From Owenia fusiformis (lineage: Eukaryota), in assembly GCA_903813345.2 (NCBI GenBank), contig CAIIXF020000001.1, forward strand, positions 21,824,001 through 21,888,000: a DNA stretch of 64,000 nt. The letters run 5' to 3'. Below are positions 1 through 13,690 of the stretch, piece after piece. Below the pieces are notes generated by a model, which saw only the letters and a list, made by a program, of their open reading frames with translations, had not been told where the DNA came from and searched no databases. Position numbers and translations under genes: made by a program. Each line of letters opens with the position of its first letter. Positions within the stretch are counted from its first letter, which is position 1.

Positions 1-544
1 ATTGTTAAATACATAAATATTAGATTTACAATTGTACTTTTTTGTTACAATGTTATTCACCTTTCCACAAAGTCAGCCCATGAATATTATAATGAGCTGC
101 TTAGAAATCTGTGACGTCAATGAGAGAAACTTTTTCCCGCGATAAACAAATGCAATTGAGTTTACATGTACATCCTCGGTTGATTGCTGTAAGTTTTACC
201 TCTTCAAATGTGCAAGTTATCAGTAAATTATTGACGGATTTTTATTGAACATCAAATTGGCATTTATTTACGCCTTCTAAGCGATTGAAATATTAAATTT
301 CTGTTCATAATGAGTAAATAATTTGAAGAGAATTACTCCGGTCAGTTTTCAATCATGATTGGAACTGGATGTGAACAGGTGAAATTATCATGATCATTAG
401 TTCACTAACATTATAACATGTATCTCATGCATATAAATAAATAGATAGACAATCTATTTTAAGTTAATCAACTAAACGATTACTTCCTATTTATTTCTGC
501 AAGTCATATCAGATCATATCTTGAAAATATTATACTTGAAAACA

Positions 545-1036
545 TCAGGATATATAGAGATTATCCTATATGAGGTTCAGGATATTACGGCCCTCGGGCA
601 GATATATTATATTGGCCAAGGGATAATCCAAATATCCTGAACCGACTATAGGATGATTTGTTTATCCCATACCAATCACATTGTTCAATTGGCCAAAGTT
701 CAGAAACTTTGCAACCAACTGTAGAATTATTTTAAAATGTCCAGTTTTGTATGCTTGTTTCTTTTCCTGTTCAAATCTTTATTATTAATGGGGTATACTG
801 CTCCTTCCCTTCTTTAACGCATCAAACAGATCGCGATTGTCTGTGTTTTTCTCAATTGTGGTTTACAGTATGCGAACGTTACAAAAAAGAACCAATACGG
901 GAACAGCGATTATGATGTAGCGGGCAGATATACTATATCTGACCGCTCGGAGCGGGCTATATCTGCCCGCTGATGAAAATATAAGTTTTTACAAACCGGC
1001 TTTATGTACCCGTAACACGTCCAAGTATGGGATAAA
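545..1036 (+). mobile_element. Terminal-hairpin element, copy A (possibly a non-autonomous Crypton-like element)
   Basis: Hairpin arms ATCCTATA..GGTTCAGGATATT (563-586) and AATATCCTGAACC..TATAGGAT (631-654); inner IR TTTATCCCATAC (661) pairs with GTATGGGATAAA (1025-1036); related to 1063-1420 and 46671-47050. Confidence 0.6.
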
Positions 1037-1062
1037 GAATTGATATCTTGGAGGAGCGTGAC

Positions 1063-1620
1063 ATATATAGAGATTATCCTATATGATGTTCAGTACATTT
1101 ATATTGGGATTGTCCCGAGGTAAATATAATATATCTGTCCGAGGGCCGCAGCTAGGTCCAGAGGGAAAATATATTATATTGGCCAAGGATAATCCCAATA
1201 TCCTGAACCAACTATAGGATAATATGTTTATCCCATACCAATCTTGGTCATCTGGTTCACATTGTTCAATCGTGGAAATATTTTAGAATATTCATGTCCA
1301 GTTTTGTTTTCTTGGCCTTGGGCGGATTTTCCTGTTCTCTCAAATATTCCCACATCTATTTTCTCGAATTTTTGATTGATTAAGTGGATGCTCCTTCCCT
1401 TTTTTAAACCTTCAAACAGATCCCGTAATATATACCTGTAACACATCCAAGTAAACATGTATATATATTCCAATGTATATTTCCCGCTGCGTATCTCCCG
1501 ATCCAAATATTCCCGGGAAAATGTTTTTTATTCAGTGTAGAAACAGTCAATTTGTAAAAGTATCTTGCTAAAGCAAAACTGTCAAAATAGATCCAGCAGA
1601 CCGTAGAATTTTTCTTAACC
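1063..1620 (+). mobile_element. Terminal-hairpin element, copy B
   Basis: Hairpin about 1073-1221 with a GC-rich loop; 1227-1420 is closely similar to 46716-46910. Confidence 0.6.
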
Positions 1621-2434
1621 AAAATGATGATGGATTTCTTGAAAATAATGAGAATGAGAACGCTTAATAAAAAAAACCTGGATATGCAGGGTGTCCTGAA
1701 AACTTCACTTGTAAAACCTCACTTTTCAAAGGATTTAGTTATGTGATGATCAGTTTTGAATAATGATCACTGGGAAGATTTCAGAGAAAGAGCGTATATC
1801 ATACAATGTTTATTGATGATATGTTGACATTGCTGATCATTATTGACATCGCTGATGGAGAATAAGTACCAAAATGTAACGCTTTGTGCGAATGTTACTC
1901 ATGGTGAATTTCTGATGGAATTTCTTACTATGACATAGTAACAGGATATTGCATGACCACTATCAAATAATTTAATCAAGTCGTTTTTAACTTCTCAATT
2001 TACATTTTTTGTTTACAATCACACGAGACATGTGAGCCCTGGTATGTGAAGCTGATCTGAGAAGTCTTAATAAACAATAGCTCTGTAAAAAAAATGATTA
2101 AATTAAATTACATAAGATTCGGAATGAAAGTGCCCCGTAAATATTTAGTGCATTGGGCAAATAGAATCCTTTTTATTGCACTTAATTCAAAATATTCCTA
2201 TGCTGGCTGTACTAATTCTTCAAAACTTTCAGGCATTGACATCATTGATTTGACTCATTTGCAACCAATCAGCGCGCCGGAAATTATCGATTTTCTTTAC
2301 TTTGTGGAAAGGTGAATATTAATTTCATATTCTGTCAATGTTTAATACACGTAAATATTAGATTTACAATTGTACTTTTTTGTTACGATGTTATATTCAT
2401 TTCATATTCTGTCAATGTTTAATACAAATACCTA

Positions 2435-2840
2435 CATATAGATATCTCAAACTGGGAACTGGAGACCAGCTTAGAAGATACATACATACATATAACATAG
2501 ATATCTCAAAATGGGAACTGGGGACTGGGGACCAACTTATAAGATACATAAGTCAAATACATAAATATACACAAACATAGATATCTCAAACTGGAAACTG
2601 GGGACTGGGGATCTTCTTAAAAAGATACATACAAATACATACATATTATATATAGCATATAAATATCTCAAACTGGGAACTGGGGACTGGGGACCTTCTT
2701 AAAATATACATACAAATACATACATATTATATATAGCATATAGATATCTCAAACTGGGAACTGGGGACTGGGGACCAGCTAAGAAGATATATACAAATAC
2801 ATACATATATAACATGTATACAATACACATATATCTCATA
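2435..2840. repeat. Minisatellite, about 60-80 bp unit with core GATATCTCAAACTGGGAACTGGGGACTGGGGA, about 5 copies
   Basis: Core recurs near 2441, 2500, 2580, 2663 and 2743, followed by AT/AC low-complexity sequence. Confidence 0.85.
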
Positions 2841-3646
2841 AATTAAAGCATATTCATAGATATCTCAATGTAAGATATTCATGAATTATTGTTATTTAAT
2901 TAACATATGCTATGCCAACTAATAAATTAATTGTTCTGTATCTAGTTCTATATATGTATCTAGTCTATCTAATTAACATATTCCATGCTTGTATATATAT
3001 CATACATATATATGAATACATATAATAATGTATGTATCTATCTAATTTGCATATTCTGTGCTGGCATATAATATATATATGCATGAATACATAGATATAT
3101 GTATGTATACATATATGTATCTATCTAATTTGCATATTCTATGCTGGTTTACATGGCCCATAAGCCACTAATTTTTGCAGGTATATGTCAAGTTTGAAAG
3201 TTTCCGTCTATAAGTAATGTCATATTTGATTAGAGAACCTGTAATATATTACATGTTTGTTTTCGTTTTTTGTGTTGTTGTTTTAAATGTATCAAATGAG
3301 CCCCCTGTTTGGTTTGAAACGTAATACATCTTGATTCTCGAAGCATTCATTCTGCAAATGCCTAGTTATGATACTTGCACTAGATTTATTCTGAAACTAA
3401 CCGGTAATTCATGTAATTCCAGTTAGCTTCATTTAATAAGACAGACGGAAGTTGTGTATGTCAAATGTGAAATATTAATTAATAAGTTTTCTACTCTCAT
3501 AACTGTCACGCTATGGTAACCGTCCTTTGGTTTATCAATATTAAACCTTCAAAAGTAACAATACAAAAATGTGCATAGATCTCTGGAAATGTTTCAGCTA
3601 AAAGTATTATATTGTGTAGTGTAGTGTTATGTAGTATAGTAGTATA

Positions 3647-3835
3647 CACTGTTCTCCCCGGGATTTTTTCTTAGGTAGGTGGAAAATTCTTGTTTTCACA
3701 ATTTAGACCGTTGGTCAATATATGCCTATTTTTCATGATTTTTCTCAATTTCATGTGGGTGCAAATGGATTTTCAGGTGGGTGCAAGCCTATTTCTAAAA
3801 TGTCAAGTCGATGCGGCATCAATTTGCTTTGATGC
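3647..3835 (+). mobile_element. Degenerate copy of the MITE at 20740-20945
   Basis: Shares CTCCCC..GGATTTTTTC..GCCTATTTTTCATGATTTTT..GGGTGCAAATGGATTTTCAGGT with 20740-20945. Confidence 0.7.
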
Positions 3836-4544
3836 TTTTCTCTACAAATTCAGTTTTGAAAGGGATGAACGAGTCAAAGATATCTCATCAGAAACTTGTT
3901 GAGAAATTACATACATTTGCATCATCATCAAAAAGGTTGAGATGAGTATTTGCTACTTCACTTCAAAGGAACCTCTTATTAAACATAATTTTATGCATGG
4001 TGACAGAATGATGGATGGAGGGGATGTGATGTGGAGGGTTAGGAGGATGGGGATGTGATGGGGATGGTGGGGGAGCACTGATGCAATCTACCAATGAGAG
4101 ATAGGTAATAAAATTTTGACTAAAAGAATTCTTTCATGCAAGTTGAAATTTTTTAGTCTCAACCACATTCTACCTATAGATATCTTGAGGAAATAGTTAG
4201 GGTAGATAATAATTTCCTTCAGATAGTGTCATTGTATTCTTATGGAACACCAGAGTAGAGACATGTCAACATGGAAACTGTTTGCTGAATCATTGTCTTG
4301 CACTCGTTCTCTGTCATTTTTGGGCTAGGTCATTATTTCCAAAAGCAAATTAACTTCATCTTAGATTGACCCCCTCCTTGCCCTTAACAGCAAAATATAT
4401 ACATAATATGGCAATGTGCAATACATAATTAGGCTTAACACTTATATTGTTTTTCGAATTCAAAGTCTCTCCATTTAAAAAAGTTCATGAGACCTACTGC
4501 CCTACTTACACAATGATAATATTAAGATTATTTTGTGAGTTGTA

Positions 4545-5522
4545 CAGGGTGGTAAAAAAAAAACGGCAACCCTAGTTTTTCCTAATATCTTTGTCATTCT
4601 AAGGAATAACTCCCTGATATTTTACACATTTGTACATCATTCAATTTCCTACCAAACTACCACATTTCATGACCATCGGACTGATAGTCACAATTTTATT
4701 TCATTTTAAGCAACATACCCCAGATGGCCACTTTCGGGTTGTCTGAACTGGTCTGTTATCCAAATAAACTCCATTTCCAACTTGATGCACTGGTAAACTC
4801 TAACAATTATGAATTCTTGGGAGCCAAGCACTTCATGAAGTAGCGGAGAGGCACCTTCACACAGACAGATGCACAGTTTAGTGTGTTCTCAGAATATAGG
4901 GTCCTTTTACCATTGATGATGCTAACAGATATGCAATAACTGTCAACATCAACCTCTATTTTGTGATTCCCATGGAGTTCTTGGGGACTTAAGGTGACCC
5001 CAGAGGGGTTGAAAGGCAGCAACAGTGGTTCCAACAAGACAGAACCATACCCCATACACCAAATGATGCACAATAATGGCTTTGGGGACCACTTCAATGA
5101 CCACATTATCAGCAGTACAACAGATAATGAATGGGCACCCCTTAGCCCAGATATGGCCCCATTTAATCTTTACCAGTGGGAATACCCCAACTATAGAGTG
5201 TAGGGTAAAAACACCAGAAAGACATTTGACCTCAATATAAAGATCACATGTGTCATTCAGGCCATACTTGCTGAGGAATGCTGTTATGTCATTGACAGGT
5301 TTGGAAAACGCGTGCAGGTTTGCCTACAGCACGATATTGGAAAACTGGGGCACCTTGTTCAAAGTGCTGTAACATTGCAACTGTCAGTCCAATGTTCATG
5401 AAATAATACAGTCTAGTATTAAATTGAATGATGTACATGTGTGCCTAATATCAGGGCAAAATTTCCAAAAATGACAAAGATATGAGGAAAAATTAGGGTT
5501 GCCGTTTTTTTTGACCACCCTG
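4545..5522 (+). mobile_element. Internally deleted Tc1/mariner-superfamily transposon with a decayed transposase C-terminus
   Basis: TA|CAGGGTGGT..CGGCAACCCTA and TAGGGTTGCCG..ACCACCCTG|TA, about 50-bp TIRs with TA TSD; ORF 4994-5203 contains EWAPLSPDMAPFNLYQWEY, resembling the WPPRSPDLNPLDFFLWGY motif. Confidence 0.85.
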
Positions 5523-6078
5523 TACAACTGTCCAGAGTATCTTTGTCCCTAAAAAATCAATAGTTTCAACTATTTTAGTAAAGCCCTTGTATATTTATGA
5601 TTGATTTTACGGTTACTGGAGTAATTTATTGGTGACTTGAGAGCTGTTATCGCTATGGAAAGTGATGGTTAATGTAGACTTTAGGCTAAGGATGTCATAT
5701 TTGATCCATCAACTTCCACTTAGCATTCATGTTTGCATCCATATGACCCGTGATATTTTCTAATTCTAAGAAAATCAAATGTATCAATACCTATTTAACT
5801 CTATAAAGATGAGGATGATTAGTCCTGGACAATGTCTTATATAGGTGCTTTGCCTAAATAGAGTTATCAAGGAACATTAACTGGAGTTTGAACTTGTAGA
5901 ATGTATGTTGTCATTTATCTATGTTCGTTTCTCTGATTTATTACATTGAAACGTAGCCCAAAGAATCATTTACAGTTTTACGATATTTCATTTCCGGGTG
6001 TTTTGCCTCACTCAAATTATTGTTCAACAATGACCTAAAAGTATATTTTTCACTAAATCTCGAAGCATAAACGTTTAA

Positions 6079-6336
6079 TCATTCAACATACTTGGCATAA
6101 CCTAGCTTCCATTGGTTGTAATGACTACTGTCGTAGCAATCCCGTTCGAAATGATCCGAACAAATTTGTGCTTTTCTCCTAATTGCAGTCTCTGGAGGCA
6201 TGTCCCATTTCCGCGTTTTCAAGACAAAACTGTGCCATTTTTTGGCGATAGAGAGGTCCTTTGGGAACTCATGCAACGATATACCGTCGTTTTCTCTCGA
6301 TTTGGAGCACCCTCCGAGTACACACCAGCGTACCAT
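6079..6336 (-). CDS. THAP zinc-finger (C2CH) domain exon, either the first exon of a THAP gene or a transposase fragment
   Basis: MVRWCVLGGCS..LHEFPKD..KKW..ICSDHF has the THAP C-C-P-W-C-H-F pattern; likely donor GTATGT after 6092; AAYATGGCG and TGACGTCA motifs just upstream. No downstream AVPT-box exon found. Confidence 0.75.
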   Translation of the reverse strand: MVRWCVLGGCSKSRENDGISLHEFPKDLSIAKKWHSFVLKTRKWDMPPETAIRRKAQICSDHFERDCYDSSHYNQWKLGYAKYVE

Positions 6337-6989
6337 TCTTCGTTTTATTTTCCCCCTATCTCCGCCATATTGTTTATGCGCAATGCATCCTGGAAGCTTC
6401 GGATCATGACGTCAGAAGCCAAACTATTGTATTTATGTTTTCGCTAATTTCAGACTTATTTGATTCGATCAAAAACACGTAAGTAGATAGATACAATGTT
6501 GATATAACATAGGATTGAATTAATTAACATTTGGGGACATTTTTTTGTGATTTTGCGTTCTTACAAGCACTTTAAAGCCCTTATATTGCTACATGTTGGA
6601 CATTGACCCTTTATCAATAGCCATTTATTAATCTAAAGGGATTACTTCCAACTCTCTCCTGACTGTTAATAGAACAATTGCTGATATATGACAGACAATT
6701 TATAGCTCTAATTTAGAAAATTGTTCAGACTGGCAGTTTCTTTACTATTTTCTGGTTAAGCATTTGATCACATGAAGGTTATATGACAAGTTAAAAACAT
6801 TATTAGTTTATATGCTACCAGTGCTGAGGATAGTTTTAAAGTCGAAGCTTTCTTTTAGAAGCATTGAAAAGGGTATTTAGATGGCATAAGTGTGCGTTAT
6901 TCACAAGTTATGCATTAATGTGCATTTTATATCCACCAGAGTTATTTCATATCTGTATAAATGCTGAATCTCCCAGCAACTTTCTCGAA

Positions 6990-7283
6990 TCAACCCCCCT
7001 CCACCTTCTTGTGCAGAGGGGTGAGGGAGGGGTCACAGTCGTTTCATCTAGGGCTACCTCCACTCTCTCTGAAAGATATTTGGTCAGAAAATAGATTAGA
7101 AAAGGATTAACCTACAGACGGAGATAAGTTACTAAGCATCTAAAAGCATCTGTCTTGAAACACCCCCCCCACCCTCTATGTCCCTCTTGTGTTGAGGGGG
7201 TCACAGTCGTTTTATGTAGGGGTACCTCCATTCTCTTTGAAAGATATTTGGTCGGATTAACCTACAGTCTGAGATAAGTTACT
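6990..7283. repeat. Local tandem duplication, about 170 bp x2
   Basis: GGGGTCACAGTCGTTT..TACCTCCA..GAAAGATATTTGGTC..TTAACCTACAG..GAGATAAGTTACT occurs twice. Confidence 0.8.
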
Positions 7284-7935
7284 CTAGGAGTAAAGGTATC
7301 CAAACAATAAACATATTCTATTCTATTTACTTGTTCTTAAGTGTGTAAACTTTCAGTTGTTATCATTATCTTATAATGGGTTCCCTTCCCCAAATTTATG
7401 AGCTGTTCAAAAGAAAAAGATAAGTGCAGAAAGTGAAATATACCAAGCTTATGTATAAATCATTACAATGAGGTTCGTGTAAAGTGCAAGATAACATGAA
7501 CTGTAGGGGGTTGTAAACAGCGCAACTCTCTACACTTGAACTTACTTCAACAAATTATTTATATTAAGTGACATAATCATCGTCTAGTGGTAAATTTTAG
7601 GATTTATGGAACTTTTATAGATAAACTAGCTATTGTTTTGGCACAAATTGGGTACAAGTTTACCATCTGTATATTTTTCTTGGAGGTCTTAAGTTGGATT
7701 AAATAATAGAGAATAGTTTTGTTTGAATAATCAGCCTACAATTTTGAATTCAGTAAATATAAGTGGTATTTATATATTTAAACTTCAATTAGCGTCTAAA
7801 ATTTTAAAAAAGATTTGGGAGACATCCACCTGTTTTTGTTAGCATACTGACTCCATTAACATCTGTTTGTTGTTCTAAATAACAGGAGGACATGTCCCAT
7901 AATTCATCATTGGCCCTATTTTAAATACCCTGCGT

Positions 7936-8480
7936 GCAGAGTCTAGTTAAACTACACTCTGCCTAGTAGAGACCATATTACAGTTTAGTAGCCCCGCCCC
8001 CACGACGGGTACTGGTGACAGTTTGGGTAAATCATTTTTGACCTATGCGCTGACCTTCCACCAATCAGCGAGCTTGAAGAAACATACCTAAATGCGTTCT
8101 AATTAAATATGCGAATGTCATCGGTCAATTCCGGGCTCAACGATGACGTCAGAAGGAATGACCATATAAAGAACGTCGGTCAAATTTGGCCGACGAACAC
8201 TGATTGGCGCGGTGAGTTCACAGGTTTATTTTAGTTTGAAAGAGTGAAGACGAAGCTCTCTTTTAAGAAGTGAAGTCAAACGAATGTAAAGGGTATATTT
8301 TAAAATACTCGCTTACCAGTTTGCAGTGTAATCACAGGTATGAAAACTTCAGGCCTTGGAAATCTAAGATGATAGTTTAGCCTTGAGCTCCTTTAAATAG
8401 CATTAAGGAGGACCTCGTGTAGGGGGATGGATACCCTCTGCAATACTTTGATTAAAAGTAGAGTCTAATTACTAAACTCT
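7936..8480. mobile_element. Putative element bounded by two related palindromic sites, with a CpG-rich core
   Basis: GCAGAGTCTAG-TTAAA-CTACACTCTGC (7936-7962) and AGAGTCTA-ATTAC-TAAACTCT (8460-8480); internal CCAAT boxes and TGACGTCA. Confidence 0.4.
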
Positions 8481-11400
8481 GAGTCAGGTTAAAAGATTGA
8501 ATAAGGAGAATGCCTGACTTACTTTACGTTTGTTCAGAAGAATAACACATGCTCATAGAGACAAAATTATAAGGATTAAACATGTTAACGTGTTTTTCAA
8601 ATGCACAGAATTAGATACATGAACAAGTATACAAAACTTCAAACTGTGAAAATATTACAATGTTTTTGTTCAGTTATATTGGCAATGCATATACCAATTT
8701 GGCACAAAATAGTTGGAAGGTGCAATTACCATGTCAAACTACATTTGTGCTTTCAAATATCATGTTACCTGTCAATATTTGAATACAAACATCATACGTT
8801 TTTTGTATCTGTCTTTATATTCATTTTAACAGTCCTATTTGAAGTCTATAAAGGCCATTTAAAGTCTATTTAAATTGTGATATATAAGTCAATAAATCTT
8901 TTTTATCTTCTGAAAAGTAAGTTTATATTATCGAGTAGAATAGAAATATAGCAATGGATAACATTTTATACAGGTACATTTTCAGTTAGACATATTGCCC
9001 CTTTAAACATGACATCTGAGGTTATAGGGTCTGACCACAAACCATTAATATATGTAGATCCCGCTAGAAAAAAGTTAAATATGAATGCAGACTAAGAGAC
9101 TAACACAGTTAGTGTATGTTTTTTTAGGACGGCATTTTACTATTACACAGGCACAGGTATATCTTATAGTTTAGGCAAAATAAGTTTTAAATGAAGATTT
9201 TAAGTATGTGTAGAACATGCCTTAATCAGCAAAACTAGAAAGTGAAATTGTTAGGTGACCGAAAGAGGAAAGCCGACTTGCATGAGAACGTTGAATAAAT
9301 CCATAGTAAGAGAGCTCAACAGGAAAAGCCATTAAAACACGGATGCAGGGGTTAAGTTATTGATGGATGGATACGAGTCAGGTAAGGAAAAACTTTAATG
9401 GTGGTCAGGAAGTTTTATGTCTAGATCTGGTCTTTTTGCGGAAATAACATCCCTAATGTCTTCGTACTTTTCAAGAATATTGATCCAAGCACAAGTTGTC
9501 TTGAAGATGGTGAACATTGTATCTGCATTAAGAAAACCCTCGACTCCTATAAGTGATATTTGCCCTTTGGCCTAAGGGATGTGAAAAACATTATTTCACT
9601 CAATAAACTTTTGAAGCATCATATTGATTTTGAATAAATGAAATTATGCTGTCTGTTGGTTATTGAGAATACATATCTGGGAGACTTGGCCCAGAGCATA
9701 CTAGGCTTATTATCTCGGTCATGGTCACCTCATGCCAATTCTTTTAAGTCATTTGATCTGAGCTATTATCAATTGTTTGTTAGGTTAACAGCACTTTTGA
9801 GATAGGTCTCATTTAGACATCAGTTATGTAACTAGGCATGAGGTAGACCTCACCAAAACTTTACAGAAATAAATTCAAGCAGATATGTTTTTCAAAAGCT
9901 GTAATAAATTTAGATTTATTAACTTTATTACGCAAACATACCCATAATGAACTCAAGTGTATACAAAGCAAAATTGAAAATATTTATATGAAGTCTAATG
10001 CTATATGTAGTATTTTATTCCATTTTGATGAAGATTTGCCTAGCCTAGTTTTGATCTATTTTGCCTCACCTTTAACTTGTATGAGCTATTGCCTCATCTA
10101 CTTATCTGCTTTAGTCTGACCATCAAACTAACTGCCAACTACAGTGACAAGTTTTACGTCTAACAATATGATTTCTGTTGAAATGATTTTTGTTCACAAT
10201 CAACAGAAAAAGCCCATATGACTTTAGGTTTATAATATCAAAATGGCCATCAATTTGTCTTGGACAAATCACTTAGAGCCATTACTTAAATTATTGCTTC
10301 TATTTTGATTAAAATGTCTAAGTTTGTTCTCATTTAATTAATCACAAATGATATAAAAGTCAACTTTTGAAAAATTCATCCAACTTTTTTATCACTGAAT
10401 AACAGCCACTATTCAGACTGGGGTTATTGAAAAATATCAAAATGGTCCTTATTTTTCTTGTAAGCAGAATTCAATCCAATATCCTAGATGAGAGTAGAAA
10501 TAATCTTGATTTATGACATTCAAAATTCGGTCAAACTGATGCCATATTTGGAATCCATGTAAAAGTTCATCTATAAATGTGGTTTTGAAGAGTTTATCAA
10601 CTTTAACATTTAATTTTCTTTGAAAATGTGACTTCTAGGCCGGGGAGATTCCTTATAAACCCCATGTTGTAAAATCACAAAAAGTGAAATATCTTTTCTT
10701 GTGTTGGGTAGATAATATTTTCTTTTACTGGACATATTTTAATTTGTATAACTATCAGATACATAAGGGTAATATGAAAAGTGAACCACTAAAACTGATG
10801 AATATTCAAGTTAAAGGGAACTTTGTAATACCCTGCCATGTTATTTCCCCCGAATCAGCCACCTGGTGGTGAAACTGGTAACTACCTACTCGCATCTGAG
10901 TAATTCTTTGATTTTCATTCTTTATATTTATAAGCATGTTCTGATTTTGAAGTGCCTCTGTACATGTAATTTGATATAGCAATAAAAATTCTCAAAACAA
11001 ATCAAAATGGCCACCATTTTCATTGTAGAAAACGTACAAGTACTTTTAAGCCATATCTTAGAAATGTCCATAAAAATTCAATCATTTTATGATATATTCG
11101 GTTTATCGTATCATAATTACTATTCTAGCAATAATATGAGTGGGCAAAATTCATGACGATTCAGTTGAAATCTAGCGTTCATATATAATAGGACCAACAC
11201 TACATTTGAGGCATATGAAAAATAATGCAATTTATTGGTTGAAAAACAAAAATGTCTACAATTAATTTTTACAATGCATGTCTACAATTATCTCATCACA
11301 CTGGCAATGCAACAGACATTTTGTTTCTGATTATTGTACTGTTATATAATAACAAGTCTGTCTCATGAATTAATAATGAAATTATTATATAATTACTAAT

Positions 11401-13690
11401 CATAACCTGATTATATGCATCCAACCAGATGATTTCTTCAATTAAGAAACAATTCAGTGGATTAATGTTTTGGATTAATGGAAATATCATTGACTTTATC
11501 ATAAATTAAATGACCCTTACAATAAAAATTGATATAATTAATCATTCTTAATATATCCTTTAATGTTTTGATCTGAATAAAGAATGATGCAAAATAGTAT
11601 TCCCGTGGGCACTTATACAATGTACGTTATTTCAAAAGTGATTTGGATTGACATTTCTATGGCAGTGCTAGTAGTATTTTACTATAAGGGATAGCGGCTA
11701 AATATCTATGTTGCAAGATTATAGCTACAGAAGAGAGCTTTCAATTGTCACACAATACTCATTTGCTAAATGTAGCCTCATCCTGACATCAGCTATTGAA
11801 AAAACATCTGTTTTGTCTCGGATTTATCCTACACATCATCGTGTAGTCTGTAACTACAATAAGGTAAGATAGTTAGATTCATTCATGTTTTCAACATTGT
11901 TTTGGTAATAATATAACATCAGATAGATATCTTGATATTTCTTGAAATTGTATATGTAATTCCATATGTTGTATTTATATATTATTTAGATTCTGATCTG
12001 ACAGATTCGTGTTTTGTGAACTTTGGGTCATGCTATCTCTTACCTTGTCCTGGGATATGAATTCTTCAAGTACATGTACAGTGTAATTGAAGGTCTGGGA
12101 TAGAAATATTAAGAATTTAACTAGTGCATAGAGTTTGCCAACAATCGGTGAATGTTAGCAATTTGTTCTTTTTATGAAGTTGACATATTCTTTACTGAGA
12201 TATAAAGCATTCCTTAGCTGTTAATTATATAACTAGATGCAAATCGATGTATCATAAATATAAATTTTGATCTCAGGTAATAGTTTATATTTATTACTTA
12301 AAGGATGTATATAACTATCTAGGCCTTAGAAAACGTTATGAACGACTTTTTGAGGATAATTATCAATTTGATTCCTTTTCATTTACTAAATCTAATAAAT
12401 GGACTTTTGATTTCTAATTGAATGTCAAAGTGCTCTAATAACGAAAATGAAAGTATTTGGCCGTTGTCAGGAATCCTCCCAAAACAAATGTCACAATGAA
12501 TGTCTCCATATCATCCAACGTATATTGATGACGTAATACTCGTAGCCCACTCTTGTGGAAATCCAATGTAATGTGACGTCATTCCGTAACAATGATATAT
12601 TTGGAGAAACCTCTCAACTCTTAGTGGATTCCCCAATTTTTTTACATTTATATACAAAATGAACCCTAACTAGGGTATAATAATTTCAAGGTTTGACCAT
12701 TATATCCCTTTGTGGCACACTATGATATGCATGGGCTCTCTTGAAAGCCCATGTGATATGTAATGCTGTTTGCTCGTATTAAATGCATTTTATGATACCG
12801 ATACCATACTAGGATTATAACGGTCTCTTTTATTAGCTTATTTTAGTGTATGATTCAGTGTATTTATATCTGTCATTTGGATTACACGGGATGATCAATG
12901 ATTGAGTAAGTTAATCGCTGCCATGCTAATTTAACCTCTAAAAAGGAGAAATACATCCCTTGGGATGATCATACTCAAGATGAAAAAGATAAGCTGTGGT
13001 TCTGCTGTTATCTAGTTGCTTAGTCAGAATATGGAATCACTTATCGTCCCATCCTTCACATAGAGCTTCATTTCTTTCTATAATGAAATAAAATTACCCA
13101 ATGGTAAGGATGACAAAGGGCGAATCATAAAATTGTTAAGAAACCTTTTTAACAGTATATGTACTGTTGTCCAGGATATGTTTTGTAATAGCTACTGTAC
13201 TTCTAACGTTTTTTTCCCGAACCAATAATTCAGGTATGTAATATTAAAGAACTTCCACATGCAGAATTTTATTTTTGTCTTTACCAAATCCCCCAAATGT
13301 TGTTTTTCTCATACATTCAGGTTGAGTCTTTTTCTAAAAGTGATTTCCTCAAGATCAAATGGTGATTCCCTAGATATTTGCGAAGTCTTTTGCATTTAAT
13401 TTTGAGGCTTTTGTTTCTTAATGCTCAGACTGACATTTTTATGAACTGGCTACTTTATATTATGAGTAATCGGCTAGAAAAACATAGTAATCAATCAATG
13501 AATATATTAAGCTGTCATATCTCGAATCTGATTTTGTCTTTCTCTCTGATGAATTGTAATCGTAAGTGTGTCAATATTTGAAGGGCTTGCTTGATGGTTG
13601 AAGTCTACTAATGGTACCTGACTGTGATAGGGATCTTCTCAGAATACATACATTGTCATTTGTCATATACAAGTTACAATTTTTTTTATT

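Larger units (their letters stand above)
54..2318. mobile_element. Non-autonomous DNA transposon with 20-bp TIRs, carrying nested hairpin elements
   Basis: TATTCACCTTTCCACAAAGT at 54-73 and its exact reverse complement at 2299-2318; no transposase ORF inside. Confidence 0.6.

Noticed and set aside
3690-3902. Similar short ORFs here and at 20627-20977 as a paralogous gene pair
   Set aside because: The similarity comes from two copies of the same MITE.
4010-4075. G-rich tract as a further THAP exon (Pro/His-rich on the minus strand)
   Set aside because: Low-complexity sequence; frames close quickly and there is no recognisable motif.
9200-9610. Possible decayed retroelement coding sequence
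   Set aside because: I could not identify any diagnostic motif or sustained reading frame.
11700-11870. Candidate non-coding first exon of GLCE (AAG|GTAAGA near 11863)
   Set aside because: A donor motif alone is not enough evidence without transcript data.
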